DNA of 64,000 nt, taken from assembly GCA_964019335.1 (NCBI GenBank), contig OZ025705.1, positions 372,001 through 436,000 of the forward strand. Reading direction: 5' to 3'. The position numbers and the translations under genes were made by a program. The notes under the pieces are model-generated. The model saw nothing but the letters and a program-made list of their open reading frames with translations, was not told the DNA's origin and searched no databases. The number at the start of each line of letters is the position of its first letter. Positions within the stretch are counted from its first letter, which is position 1. Below are positions 10,775 through 22,965 of this stretch, piece after piece. This stretch comes from Diplonema japonicum (lineage: Eukaryota; Protista; Euglenozoa: Diplonemea).

Positions 10775-11521
10775 CTACTCAGCCATAGGCGGCACAGGGA
10801 CCGGTTCATCTTGAAAATCATCAAGCTCCTTCCCTTCCATTTTGTTCATGTTCACGATGACAGGCGTATTAATTAAGGACTGCTGGATATCATTGTCAGG
10901 CCGAGGCTTCACCAAGACCGAGGACCAGGTGTCCTTCTGAGCCATACAGATCATGAAGGCGAGGAACTCGATAACAGAAACAGCCACCATTAGGTAAATA
11001 CCATACCCAGCCTTAACATTGCCAAACTGGTCCTTTATGGCCTTGTCGGGGCGGCAAAGGAACAGAACGGAGCAGTTTTTAGAAGTGGGGGTGAAGAGGT
11101 CGGAGCAAAAGCTTGTTGTGTAATAGACAACCATCAGGATCCACACGAACAGAGAAGTTAACATTGAAAGCAGATGCAGTCTTCGGCAAATCTTTGCCAG
11201 CGTATATGAGATCATAGAACCTCTGCTCATCGCCTGCATGATGTGAATGCAGTAAGGTACAAAAACTACCAGCACAGTCAGCACGGAAAAGATTTCCATC
11301 GTCACACTGATGGCTTTCCCCTCAGAGCACCCTGAGTGGATGTCGCTCATCGACAATTTATCTATGCTCCTACAGGAGAACAAACCACAGCTGCTGTAGT
11401 GGTCCATTCCATTTAATGTCCCTGATATCGACCACAGCGAGTCTGTGGAGGCCATTGTTATGATGGTAAAACCCATGCTTGCCATGCATATATGAAGTAG
11501 GAGGATTGATAAAAAATCCAT
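10775..11521 (-). CDS. Amastin/claudin-like four-TM surface protein
   Basis: Four hydrophobic segments; Cys-containing first loop (CGLFSC...C); GYGIYL before TM4; ATG follows an A-run. Confidence 0.7.
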   Translation of the reverse strand: MDFLSILLLHICMASMGFTIITMASTDSLWSISGTLNGMDHYSSCGLFSCRSIDKLSMSDIHSGCSEGKAISVTMEIFSVLTVLVVFVPYCIHIMQAMSRGSMISYTLAKICRRLHLLSMLTSLFVWILMVVYYTTSFCSDLFTPTSKNCSVLFLCRPDKAIKDQFGNVKAGYGIYLMVAVSVIEFLAFMICMAQKDTWSSVLVKPRPDNDIQQSLINTPVIVNMNKMEGKELDDFQDEPVPVPPMAE

Positions 11522-11997
11522 TTTTTTTTGTGTGTGTGTGTGTGTTTCCTCCCCCTCCCCTCTTTTTTTTCGCTGGTAAAAAAAAAAAAAATAATAATAA
11601 TAATAATAATTGCAAACTGTTTCGCGACTTATCACAGGACGACGAGGGAGAAAAAAAATAAAAATAAAAATAAAAAAATCGGCAATATGGGGGGAGGGGG
11701 GGAGGTCAACACAGCGAAGCTGCATTTTCTTTTTTTTTTTTTTTTTTTTCTCACGGGAGTTTTTTTTTTGAACCCGTAAAGTGAAAAGCCGACGGGGGTG
11801 TGAGAGAGGGAGATATAAATGGAAAGGAAAAAGGAGAGAGTAAAAAAGAGATTGGGAGGTACGTTGGCCTCACCTTTTTCTCTTTTTTTGTTGCGTGTTT
11901 TCTTTTTAAAACCCCCCCTCGCCTTCTTCCAAAACGCACGAAAAAAAAGGGGGGGGAAAGAAAAAGAGCAGATTCAAGCAAAAGCTAGAAAGGGGTC

Positions 11998-12028
<31 letters not shown>

Positions 12029-12680
12029 AAGTGGAAAGACGTTCCCTCTCCCCCCCTTTTTTTTTAAGCTCCATTTTTTTCTCTCTTTTTCACGTTCTGG
12101 AATTGTGTTACGCCGCTTAGGGACAATTCAGTCCGAACTTTTTCCCCCCTTGTAACGAACTCGATTTTTGAGGTGTGCCCATTTTAATTTTATTTTATTT
12201 TTGAAACTGGGAACGAGGGGAAGAAAAAAGAAAGAAAAAAAAAAGGATGAGGGTAGAGAGACAACGCAAAGTGCGTGGGAATAAAAGAAAAAAAAAAGAG
12301 AAAAAAAAAAAAAAGAGCTATTCTTTTAAGGTATGCGTTATTTGCGCTCACCGGAAAAAAAAACTCGATCTTTAAACGTACATGGGGTGGAGTGGAGTGT
12401 TTGTAGTCAAACGACACATTTATTGGGTGGACTTCTTATGGTGACGCCACCTGCCTACGGGGAAGTGTCGGTACGCACCTGGCTGGACCCGGCTAACAAT
12501 CTCACTGCCCCGAACAGAAAAAAAATAGGGGAGGGGAGAGGAAAAAAAAAAAAGTGAGAATACTTGATAAGATTTTTTTTTTTTTTTTCTTCTTTTCCTC
12601 CAGTGATTCGAACGCATTTTCATTGGTTCTCACTTTCCCCCCTTCCCTCCCCCCCCCCAAAAAAAAACCCATATTTCTTC

Positions 12681-14246
12681 TCACGGATCAAGAGTAATAC
12701 CCTGCTCCTTTAACAAACCCTGCAGTTTTGCAATAGGCGTATCGTGCATAAAGGTGTTAGGTGTGTATATGGCTGCGGCAGTACCCGCGGCCATTCCAAG
12801 CTTCCACAAAGTTGGTTCTTCACGAAGGCATGCCCAAGTAACATGTGTGCAGGACAGAGCAACGGTGGACATAAAATTAACAGCAGAAACACGCTTGGGA
12901 AGGATCAGGGAGAAGGGAAGTTGATACTTATGCGACCCGGAGTTCCAACCGAAAAACCCCTCATCATACACGAGGTTCGTGGCCGGGTCCTGCCGTCTGT
13001 GCACCACATGGATATCAATACCCCATGACCCGAGACCTACGGACGAATCCGAGACCGACGCGTTCCAGTCGTTCTGTGTAAAAACATGATCGCCAAGCAT
13101 TCTAAGCCCTTCTCTGATGTAAAGCTGCGGGGGGAAGTTCCCGTTGCCCGTCCACTCGTCCTTGCAGAACCCCCAGTTTTGTACGGATGCACGGGTTTTT
13201 TCATTCACGCTTAAATCGTTCCCCGAGAAGTACAAGAATCCTTGCAGGTAGTACTTGACAGCTTCATACACCTGCTTCCTGTCTGACGAGGTCCCGTTCA
13301 AGTAAGGTGCGATGGTGGCATCCATCACATCGGATGTTACTGCTGAGTTCTGGTCGCACAGGTCCCACTTGTCGCCTGGGGGGTAGCTTCGGTATCCTAA
13401 CGCGCTGAACAAATACTGGAAACTCGGTGTGCCGGCAGCTTCAATGTACCTTCTCATCAGCTCAAAATCCTTCGGGTCATAGTTCGCAGGTTTTGGAAAC
13501 GGAACACGGTTCGAGGCTCTGTTCGTGATGCATGGTCTGAACGACCATCCCATTACACCGTCGTCCCCTGACCCCAATGGAGCATCAGCGGGTGGCGCGA
13601 CATATTTCAACAATTGATCATTACCCGCGCCCCATGTTGCATTGACAGGACCGGGTAAATGCGGGCCCCTTGGTCGTACCCCTGCAAAGGTTTCATTGTA
13701 CTGTGAGGCAGGCTCGCGGCCGTATGTGTACTGTGTGATCTGTTTCATGAGAAGCCCCTCGTAGGAGGCGTCGATGAAAACAGTGGCGAGCCACGTTGTT
13801 GTTGTGGTTTTGAATGATTCGATTTTGTTTGAGTTCTCGTGGGGTGTGAGGGTTGCGGAGCTCGGGAGTGCTTCTTCGTTGACGAAGATATCGATGGCGG
13901 CGTTCTTCAGGAGTTTGTAAAAGCTTGCTTCGCCTACAAAGTTGTCGGGCTGCCACACGGCGTAGTCGACGCTGTAGTGCGCAGCGTTCATCATGCCCCA
14001 CTCCGTCATGGTGCAGCAAGGCGGGACAAGGTTGTTGAAGTCCCGCAGCCCAATGCCCCCTGCACCGCTCATCCCCCCGATCGACCCTGTCGGCTCCACT
14101 ATCGCAACCGTCTTAGCCGCAGACACGTTCTTCGCAGACAGCGCTGCAGAGATCCCGCTCGGTGACGCACCATAGATCACTACATCGTACGTCTTCACAG
14201 CCGAGAACACAGCAAGCGTCTGCAGCAGCACCGTGGCAACTATCAT
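12681..14246 (-). CDS. Secreted FAD-dependent oxidoreductase (FAD_oxidored family, bacterial-like)
   Basis: Signal peptide from MIVAT; DVVIYGASPSG Rossmann motif; FIDASYEG; GREPASQYNE; PPQLYIREGLRM. Confidence 0.88.
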   Translation of the reverse strand: MIVATVLLQTLAVFSAVKTYDVVIYGASPSGISAALSAKNVSAAKTVAIVEPTGSIGGMSGAGGIGLRDFNNLVPPCCTMTEWGMMNAAHYSVDYAVWQPDNFVGEASFYKLLKNAAIDIFVNEEALPSSATLTPHENSNKIESFKTTTTTWLATVFIDASYEGLLMKQITQYTYGREPASQYNETFAGVRPRGPHLPGPVNATWGAGNDQLLKYVAPPADAPLGSGDDGVMGWSFRPCITNRASNRVPFPKPANYDPKDFELMRRYIEAAGTPSFQYLFSALGYRSYPPGDKWDLCDQNSAVTSDVMDATIAPYLNGTSSDRKQVYEAVKYYLQGFLYFSGNDLSVNEKTRASVQNWGFCKDEWTGNGNFPPQLYIREGLRMLGDHVFTQNDWNASVSDSSVGLGSWGIDIHVVHRRQDPATNLVYDEGFFGWNSGSHKYQLPFSLILPKRVSAVNFMSTVALSCTHVTWACLREEPTLWKLGMAAGTAAAIYTPNTFMHDTPIAKLQGLLKEQGITLDP

Positions 14247-14401
14247 TTTACTCTCCTCCCTTTCAGAAAAAAATTTTTTTCGGAAAAAGGTGGGGGGGGG
14301 GAATATTTTTTTCTTCGGAAAGTTCGGGCGGAAGCCTAAACAAAAAAAAAAAGGGGGGAGGGAAACAGAACGAGAAACTTTTTGTACTGTGTGTTTTTCA
14401 C

Positions 14402-15391
14402 TCAAACCACCCCGAAGCCTTCTCTGCCGGACAACAGCAATGCTCTTAATGGAACTTCGTAAGGCCGGACCAGCGGGGCTGTGGTGTTCCAATGTATCGG
14501 GAGAAGCTTTCGAAGAGGCGTGTGGTAGGAGTACTGCAACTTTTGAGGCAGGAGCGCTTTACCGTTGTGGCCCAGCAGGTCGACGCACCAGCTGGGGCGG
14601 GAGAGGCGGAGGTGGGTACGCTGGGTTTTCAGCTTTTTAAACGGACGGTTTTTCGGAACCCTTTTGGGCAGTTGCCCGCCGTCGGGTCCGAGACCGTACA
14701 CCTGCATCCTGGAAGCGTGTACCTTACGATACTTCACGGACGGCTCCTTCTCCATCACGTGCACCCACTGTGGTACCCGGAGCTCTGGTTCAACAGTCAT
14801 ACCTCTAAAAGGGTTAGGAGTACGCTGCCTTCTCGGTACGTGTTTCCTCGGGTACTCTGTACTACCGACGTTAGGGTAGTATGTAGAAGGTTTGCGTAAT
14901 TCCTGTTGCGATGATTTCGAGCAGGTATCGCCTTGTTTTGCAGGTTTCTTACCAAACACCAGGTACTCTGGGAGTGTAAATGGATCAACGACGTCAGGGA
15001 GCAGGCAAGGGGTTTTTTCGGGTGGGTCCTCGATGCCAGGCTCGTGGAGCATTTGAGCAAATTCATCATAGTCAATTTGACCTGATCCGTCTGCGTCGAT
15101 GAGGCTTACCAAGGAGTCCACGTCCACTAACAGTTCGAATTTTTCAACGTTCGTTCTCAAAAGATCTGCGTCGACCTCTCCTTCCTTTCCCTCACCCCCG
15201 CTCAGGGCCCTGAACGCCTGTACTGTGTCCCCACTCGCCCTCCCCAGCTTTTCCACGTAATCTTCTTTAACCTTCTTCAACGTTTTTCTGTAACCTCTCT
15301 GCACCATTGGAGCCGGGAGAAGTTCTACAGCGGTGTCAAACCATTCTTCTTCTATTTCCTGCCTCTCTGACGCTTCTTGGGCCTCCGTCAT
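14402..15391 (-). CDS. EF-hand protein resembling flagellar ODA-DC3-type EF-hand pairs, with a long C-terminal extension
   Basis: DTVQAFRALSG...IDADGSGQIDYDEFAQM canonical EF-hand. Confidence 0.75.
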   Translation of the reverse strand: MTEAQEASERQEIEEEWFDTAVELLPAPMVQRGYRKTLKKVKEDYVEKLGRASGDTVQAFRALSGGEGKEGEVDADLLRTNVEKFELLVDVDSLVSLIDADGSGQIDYDEFAQMLHEPGIEDPPEKTPCLLPDVVDPFTLPEYLVFGKKPAKQGDTCSKSSQQELRKPSTYYPNVGSTEYPRKHVPRRQRTPNPFRGMTVEPELRVPQWVHVMEKEPSVKYRKVHASRMQVYGLGPDGGQLPKRVPKNRPFKKLKTQRTHLRLSRPSWCVDLLGHNGKALLPQKLQYSYHTPLRKLLPIHWNTTAPLVRPYEVPLRALLLSGREGFGVV

Positions 15392-16088
15392 CCCCTCTCT
15401 CCCCTGTACTTTGTTGTGTGTCAATGTTTATCCAAGAAAGAGAGGGGGAGGGGGGGGGAACAATAAGAAAAAGGGAGGTAGAATGGGGGAGGTAGAGGAA
15501 ATACAACGGAAAAAAAGGAAAATAAATAATAAAGGACACTCTGATGGGAGGGGAGGGGGGAAGTTTTTTCTTTCTTTTTTTCTTTTTTTTTTGTGCCAAT
15601 AAAAGATGAGAAAAAAAAAAGTGTATCCAAAAAGTATGAGAAAAAAAAAAGGGGGGAGAGAGAGAAAGAGAGAGGGGAAAAAAAAAGGGGGAAGAAACAA
15701 AGGTAAGGGCATGAAAATACCCACCAGCTTCTTCTTTTTTTTCTTTTTTTTTTCTTCATCTTTCTTTTCATTATTTTTGCTGTATACTCGTTTCTTCTTT
15801 TTTCCCCGTTATTTTTCTTTGGGGGGGGGAGGCTACACACAACAAAAGACAATAGCCCAACTACAAGAGAGGGGGGGGGGGGGGGGGGGGGGGGGGAAGG
15901 CTAGAAAAGTCGGTACGCCTCCATTTCTTCTTTTTTTTTTAAAACATAGGGGGTTGGTTTAAAAAGAAAATACTGTCCTCCCCGCCCTCTTTTTTTGCAC
16001 AGATAAAAAAAAAGCAGTAAAAAAGAAAAAAAAGTGGAAACCTTTTTTTCTCTCATCCCCCCCCCCCCCCCCCCCCCCCCCTTCTCCT

Positions 16089-19000
16089 TCAATTCTCAAA
16101 AGTTGCAGAACAATGCGAATTCAAAGGTGTGGTAGCACGAGGAGAGTGAGCGCCTTGAGAGCCTTCTGACGCAGAATACTTGGACCTTCCCAACGGATCG
16201 TCATCTTGCGCAAACCTTACAGAGACTCTTGATCCTCTAGAGTTTGCAGAATTGTCAGAGGCGTGGGAAGATTTACGAACAGCCGATTTCAAGCAAAGCT
16301 TGTCGCTTTGCGTTGGGGGGGCGTTGTCCTCCGCAGCGGGTTTTTCAGAGACTGGTTTTTTCCGCGCCTCCAGTTTTTTCCGCCGCGTTCCGATCCAAGT
16401 TCGCCTGATTTTTTCAGCAGCGAACCAATGCCCGATGTGAAGTTGCTCGGGGTGGGACTTCGCCATTTTTGTTAGCTTCAACCTGCTTACCAACGCTATG
16501 TCCTCCATCTGCATTCCATACAGCCTCGCTGCATAACATTCAATAAAATCCGTGAAATTCACTTCGTGAGTCGAAGAGACAGGGATCGGGAGTGTTGACA
16601 GGTACGCGAGCAGCCCTACGTAATCACTAGTGGTGGAAGGTATCATCACAAAAGGATCAAACTGGCCAGAACTGGACCGAAGGCGTTTAAGTGCGCGAAG
16701 AGGTTGTGGGATAAGGTGTTCTGTGCAGCTTGCGGATCTGCCTGATTTTGTAATTTCGTCGACCAGTGTTTGAACATTGACTGTCTTGCAGTCCTTCCCG
16801 AACCGTGCTTCCCACCGAAGCTTCAGCTCTCCCAGAGCCTCAATTTTGTCGGAGTTTTTGTCGTTTGCATCCTGCTCCTGTAGGATCTCCACCACCACCG
16901 CCGCAAAGAGGTTCAGCATCATGAAGGACCCGATAATCATAAACAGTATGAAATACACAGCGTACAGTTCGTGTCCTTCTGTGGTGGTGCTCTCTCGGAT
17001 ATCTATCCAACCCTCGGTGGTGGACACTGTGAAGAGAGTCAGCATGGCCTGCGGGACAGTGTCGAAGTTGTAGTTGTTTGACAACGCGTGTTTATGTGGC
17101 AGCGTGCCGAAGAGATCGACGCCGGCTACACCGAAGACGAAGAAGATGGAGAGAAGCAACATCCCAGCGTTTGCGAAGAACAGAAGGTTCTCGTCCTTAA
17201 TATTATTATTATTATTTTTTTTTTTCCTTTTTTATAAATTGAAATACCTGAAACATTGTGTCGAACAGTTTCTGCAAACCCTTCGCTTTCTTGATCAACC
17301 TGAACAGCCTCCCGACCCTCAAAACCCGCACGCTGCTCGCGCCCTCAAGCTGCGGGACAAACATCGCGGTTGTCGCCACCACCACGATCTGGGTTGTTGG
17401 AAATAAAAATATTAACATACTGTGAAATCGAACTTGTTCCAGTTCTCCTTCCAATACATGGTCCCCATCGCGACTATCTTCACAACAGCCTCCAATATGA
17501 AGACCATTGTGAACACATAGTTGGTGACCTCCTGTGCGCTGGTCCACTCGTCTTTTTGTCGATAGTGTATCGTCGACAGCGTTACTATGTTCAGCAAGAT
17601 GCAGGTGGTGATGGTCGGGTCAAAGAAAGGATGCTGCATGAGCTTGTGAAAGTACATTCGAGGGGAAGTTGTGGGCACTGCAGACTGGGAGCAAAACAAG
17701 ATCTTTCGAAACTGTTTTTCTCCCGTGAGGAACTCTCTCTGCGACTCCGAGAGAATCGCCCACGGCCCGAGCTCAATCCGGGTCTTCAAAAACTCCGAGA
17801 TCAACGTTCCCACGATGAGATTCATCGCAAAGAAATTCCCGATCACATAAAACACAACAAAGAAAAGCGCCATTTGCGGACGGTTGTTATAGCTGGGACC
17901 GTTTCCGACAGATGTTGAGTCGATCCCGTGATACATGATAGCGGCCCAGCCGTCACCGACGGCCACCTCAAAAAGTGTGAAAATTGAAGCTCCCAGATGG
18001 TCGAAATGAGATGTGTATCTTCCCCAAACCCGTATTTTCTCGCTTGTCGTGTTGTGCGTTTCGACAAGGAAGGACCCTGTGCAGTTTTGTTCCCGTTCTA
18101 TAGTCGGGTCGTTGCACTGGTAGAATGTTCCTTTGAAGAGTTGCACGCCCAAGATGCCGAAGACAAAGAGAAGAAACCCGCACAGAACGATACTCCGGGT
18201 GACCGAAGGGAGGCACCGCATCAACGATTCAACAATTATCCGCAGCTCGTTGGATTTTATGATCAACCGCACGGTTCTAAGTGATCTGAATACGGTGAAG
18301 CCGGGCGCGAACAACCCCACAGCAGCGGATACCGCCACAAATGCATCCACTCTGTTCCAAATATCCCGCATGTACGGCTTTGCAACGTCGGGTGGGTACC
18401 CCGCCCCAACCGCTGGAGATGGGTTCCATAGACCCAAAACGTAGATCTTCACCAACATCTCCGAGACGAATATCAACGTGAATACATAGTCTGAAACAAG
18501 AAACACCATTTCCATGGTTGACCCTGCCTTGGGGTGCTGCAACATCAGGAGGACTAGGTTGCCTATGATGGACAGGATAATGAAGTAGTCGAACGCTTTT
18601 GAATGAACGATTCTCGACGTGAAAACCCGTGCTGGAGAATCGTTTGGCACGCATCCAAAGGTAGTACCCAGAAGCTGGTAATCCTTGGTGCTGAAGAAGA
18701 AGGAGGTCCACATCGATACCGGTTTTTTGGGGTTGCTTTGCTGGCCGGTGAACAACCGGATCTTGACTGTCAGAGTGAACGTGTCAAGCTTCTGAAGGAT
18801 GTTCACAGTGTCCTCTACTGTCTCGCCGACTGGTGTATCGTTGATGGCGACTAACACCATGTTTTCCTCCAACCCGGCTTTTTCTGCAGGAGATTTCGAT
18901 TCTACGCTTTGCACTACAATGTTCCCCAGTTTTTCATCCTTTTTGAGTATTAACCCGAGCCAGCCTCGCTTCTTGAGAACGGTGAGGTTTAGCGACCCGT

Positions 19001-21430
19001 CTTCGTTCGTCTTTGTCATTCTACGGAGACGTTGTTTTCGCTGTGTAAAGAATGAATTGGGGTTTTTTTTTCTTCTTTTTTTCTTTTCTTCTTCAATACC
19101 CTGAACTCTTCCGATTCTATCGGGGATTGTAGTTGTTGATGTTGCATCTCTTTCGAGTTTTGCGTGTTTCGAAACATCTCGTTTATGTCGTGGAACCCAC
19201 CGCCCTCCTCGGTAGTCTTTTTTAATTCTTGAAAAGCTGGGGAGTCACGCGGACTCGAACAGCCCGAAATCTCAAGGAACTCATCGCCATTGTCTTCCTC
19301 TTCCTCGTTGAACATCTGTAAAATAGCCGTTTTTTTTTTCTCTTTCCTTTTTTTTTGTATAACACATACACTTTCATCCATTTTATCCAAGATGATAGCG
19401 ATGAACACGTTGATGAGCACCAGGTTGCCCGTCATGAAAAGCAGGAGAAAGTACAGTGCAGACCAGTCGTTGGTGCTCAGCATCCCATTTTTCATGACCC
19501 CAGCCCACGACTCACCGGTGATGATGACGAAGCATGTCAAGGCCGCTTCCCACAACGTGTTGAAGTTCGGCCGTACGTGCATCGGAAACTTGCCCTCGAA
19601 GAACTCCATTCCCAGGATCGAAAATATAAAAATCTGCAGCACTACAACAAGACTCACATAAGCACCCTCTTTGAAGCATGAGGTCGTCATTCGAAGAAGT
19701 TTGTGTATCGACGGCCACCGTCTGACAACACGCAAAGCACGGAGCATTCTAAACGCACGAAGCGCTGTGAAGGCACTGGATGATCCAGACAACAGGTCGG
19801 GAACGGCGATGGCAACCAGGAAGAAATCGAAGCAGTTGTACCCGTCTTTGAACGTCCGTTTGGGACCCAACCCGGCGATCTTCAGAGTGATCTCAACTGT
19901 GAACAACAGGGTACACGTCATGTTGATCATATCGAGAATGTAAGCAAGATCCTTGTTAATCTCGTGGTGGTCGATGGCGAGGACAAGGATATTGACAAGC
20001 GTCGCAAACAACACAACCTGCTCTGTGTACTTGTGCATAATGAAGGTCTCAATAGCGAACATGACCTTGTGTAGGAAAGAATGCCGTCCAGGTGGGTCGA
20101 GTTCCATTGGTATCTGCGGTATTTCCATCGGCTTCAACTCGTTATTGTCGGTGTTGTCTTCCTTCTCCAACGCTGCTCCGAAAAGCGAGATTTCTCGTCG
20201 TTCCTGATCCGGATCAGACATGGGGTAAGCCGGAGTCTCGGGCGAGACTGTCAATGTCGGTAAGGGCAACGCTGTGACAACCTCGTCGGACACTGCAGAC
20301 AAAATGGAACGCGACGATGCCATAGAGGGGACGGGGCCTTCCTTCTCTCGGTTCGACTGGCTTCCACGTTTCTTGAAGCTCCGCAATATGGTCAACAGCA
20401 TCGGCGCTTCAGAATTTCTCTGCACCAGCTGCACAGCCTCGTCCTCCGTATGCCGCTCCATCTTGCTCTTATTGTTGTAGTACGCGGTGATCAGAACCGC
20501 CAGAAACATGTTCGTTCCGAAAAACGCGCCCAGCACGGTGCAGCTGATGTAGAACACCCATGAGTAAGAGGACGACGAGCTCATCAGCTTGTCCATGTCC
20601 TCCGGCCAGTCGTCTTGGCTGACAACCTTGAAAACCAGGAGCAACGCACGCCCGATATTGTCGTAGTTCAAAGGCGTTTCGGAAAAGAGATCGGTATCGA
20701 TTAGACATTCCACAACAGCGTTGGGAATGGGCGTGCATGATGACGACCCACCGCAGGCTTGAGGACTGCCGTCGATCAAGGAAGGGAGCTGCAAGGACGG
20801 GAATACGTTGTTGTCCGCCTCGATGATTATACAGGTTCTGTGCAGCACACCGCTGAAGAGTTGGATGCCAAGAATGGCGAAGACAAAGATGATGAAGACA
20901 AGCAGGAACACATTGTCTACTATCTGCGGGATGCTCACAAACAGTGCACCCATCAGCGCCCTCATCCCCTTCACCCGCGACAGCGTACGAAGCGGTCGCA
21001 AAACACGCAGCAGCCTGATAACCGAAAAGTTCGAAGCAACCTTCGCCTGCGACATGAGGCTCGCGACTACAATCACGCAGTCCAACACGTTCCACCCCTC
21101 TCGCAGATACGACCCTTTGTGCCACACGAAACCCAGGGCGGTGGCTTTTATGATAAGTTCTAAAGTGAACGCGGTGGTGAAGGTGAGCTCCATGGCCCAC
21201 AGGACGTCCCCGATGCCGGGCACCTTGGAGTACTGAAGCAGCATTGACAAGGTGTTGGACAAGATGATGGCTAAAATGATTAAGTGGAAATAGTGGTTGG
21301 TGTAGATAGAGATGCACAACTCCCTCACTGGGTTCCCCCTCGGTAGGCAGAAAAGCGAGATCTCCTCGGGGATGTAGAAATCATCGCGCTGCCCAACCGC
21401 AGCCTCATCGTCTTCCCCGCCCGAGGCCAT
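16089..21430 (-). CDS. Four-domain voltage-gated cation (probably Ca2+) channel alpha subunit with a PDZ domain in the II-III linker; introns at 19316-19369, 19041-19099, 17389-17420 and 17196-17247
   Basis: Four S4 segments (RLLRVLRPLR, RAFRMLRALR, RSLRTVR, RVLRVGRLFRLIK) and pore loops QDDW, GESW, GDGW, TEGW. Splicing the GT-AG introns joins the four ORF pieces in frame. Confidence 0.93.
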
Positions 21431-21619
21431 CTTTATCCCGGTCACGCATCAATACCTGTCGCCCCCACCCCCTTACCTTCTTCTTCTTTTTTTTTTTGCG
21501 TCTTCGTTTGCTCTCTTTTTTTTTTAAACCCCCTCTTTGGCATCCTGTGTTATAAAGAAAGTGGGGGGAAGGGAGGAGAGGTGATGTTGAAGAACATAGG
21601 AAAAAGAAAAAAAAAACTC

Positions 21620-22893
21620 ATAGTAAAAGACAATCCCTCGAGGACAGCCTCTTGTGGTGTGAGTTCCTATCTCTTAATGCTCCCCTTCTGGAGCTGTCTG
21701 TCTTGATGCGAAGATCGGTCTCCTGTTAAAGCCTATTGCAGCCTTGCCTCCGATCGCTGTGAGCGACTTGACCCTCTTTGCCCCGTCCGCAGGGAAGGGC
21801 GTCTTATCCGTCTCGTTCTGCACACTGCGTTGGCTCTCTCCACCAACAGCTTGATTCTGCGTGCCTTCCTCTGCATGTTGTAGACTCCCAGTGACTTACC
21901 GGTTGTCTCCTCAAAGTCGAGTGCAAGTTCAGCTGCCGAAACCTCCGAGTCGGTGTCGCCCTCCACCCATCGCAGCTTTCCCATCCATTCCAGTAGTGGT
22001 TCCCCGAATTGCTCCAGCAGTCCCACCACTGTCCCCAGCTGTGCTGTCGTCGGTACCGGGGTCACTTTGCCTGTCACTTCCCGCTCCCATGGTACGCTTC
22101 TTGCCTGCATCAGCCCTTCGTCCCGCTTTTCCACCACCATTGCCAGGTATCGCTGCAGCTTCTCTAGGTGTTCGAACCCGTTCCCCCTTGGTAGGATGGC
22201 ATGCAGCTCGAGGCAGAGCGGCCATCCCGTCCTGTCGCGCAGTGGTTCCATCTCCTCCCGTATCAGCTCCTCTCGTGCTGGCGGGCACTCGTACAGCTGG
22301 TGGCGTAGCAGTGTTACTGTGTCCGCATGCTTGGTCGGGCAGAGGTCACATTCAAATCCCGACTCGTCTTGTCCTTCATGCGCCGCTGGCTCGTCTTGAT
22401 CTTCCTCTTCTTCGCTCCGTCCCTCGGACTCGTCGTCCTCATTCGTGGGGGGTACACACTTTGGTCCTGCTTTGGCATACGGACTTAGGTAGGGGATCCC
22501 TCCCGCAATTACCCTCTTGATACAGAAAGCTAGATGGCGATCTTTAGCTGTCCTCCAGAGGTCATTCGTTTTGGGATCTGCTCCTTCCCCGAGTCCGCTG
22601 ACCGTCTTCCGTTCCGTTGAGGCGCATCTCTGTCCGGTCCCCGAACTCGATCACCTTGTTGGTCGCCCTTGTCAGGACCTCCGCGATGGGGCACCCTTGC
22701 AGGATACCATTCGTCACCTGGAACTCTGAGCCAACACCTGTCGGGAAACGGAATCGCCGCTTCAGGTTCGCATACATAACTTTCAAGGGGGTCAGTATCC
22801 GCTCGTGCAAACCGAGATCTTACATCAGGCCAAAAGCTATCTGCTGTGGGACTCTGTCGAAACACTTGACAAAATCCAACGCAATGCCGTTGA
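21620..22893 (-). mobile_element. Degenerate, 5'-truncated and internally deleted non-LTR retrotransposon
   Basis: RT motifs ALDFVKCFDRVP and TNGILQGCP with an in-frame stop and no YxDD. C-terminal SAAELALDFEETTG segment with frameshifts. Confidence 0.8.
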
Positions 22894-22965
22894 GACAGAA
22901 AAAAAAAGAAATAACAGTACAGGTACAATGTGCAAACGGAAATAGTAAAAAATCCTAATATAACT

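Noticed and set aside
12330-12520. High-complexity intergenic island (possible ncRNA or small exon)
   Set aside because: No convincing ORF, box motifs or stable structure identified
15870-16081. Long G and C runs as specific G-quadruplex regulators
   Set aside because: Such runs occur throughout the intergenic DNA and vary between duplicated copies, consistent with slippage or sequencing error
16089-21430. Broken channel ORF read as a pseudogene or alternative genetic code
   Set aside because: All breaks are explained by GT-AG introns; TAA, TAG and TGA all serve as normal stops in this window
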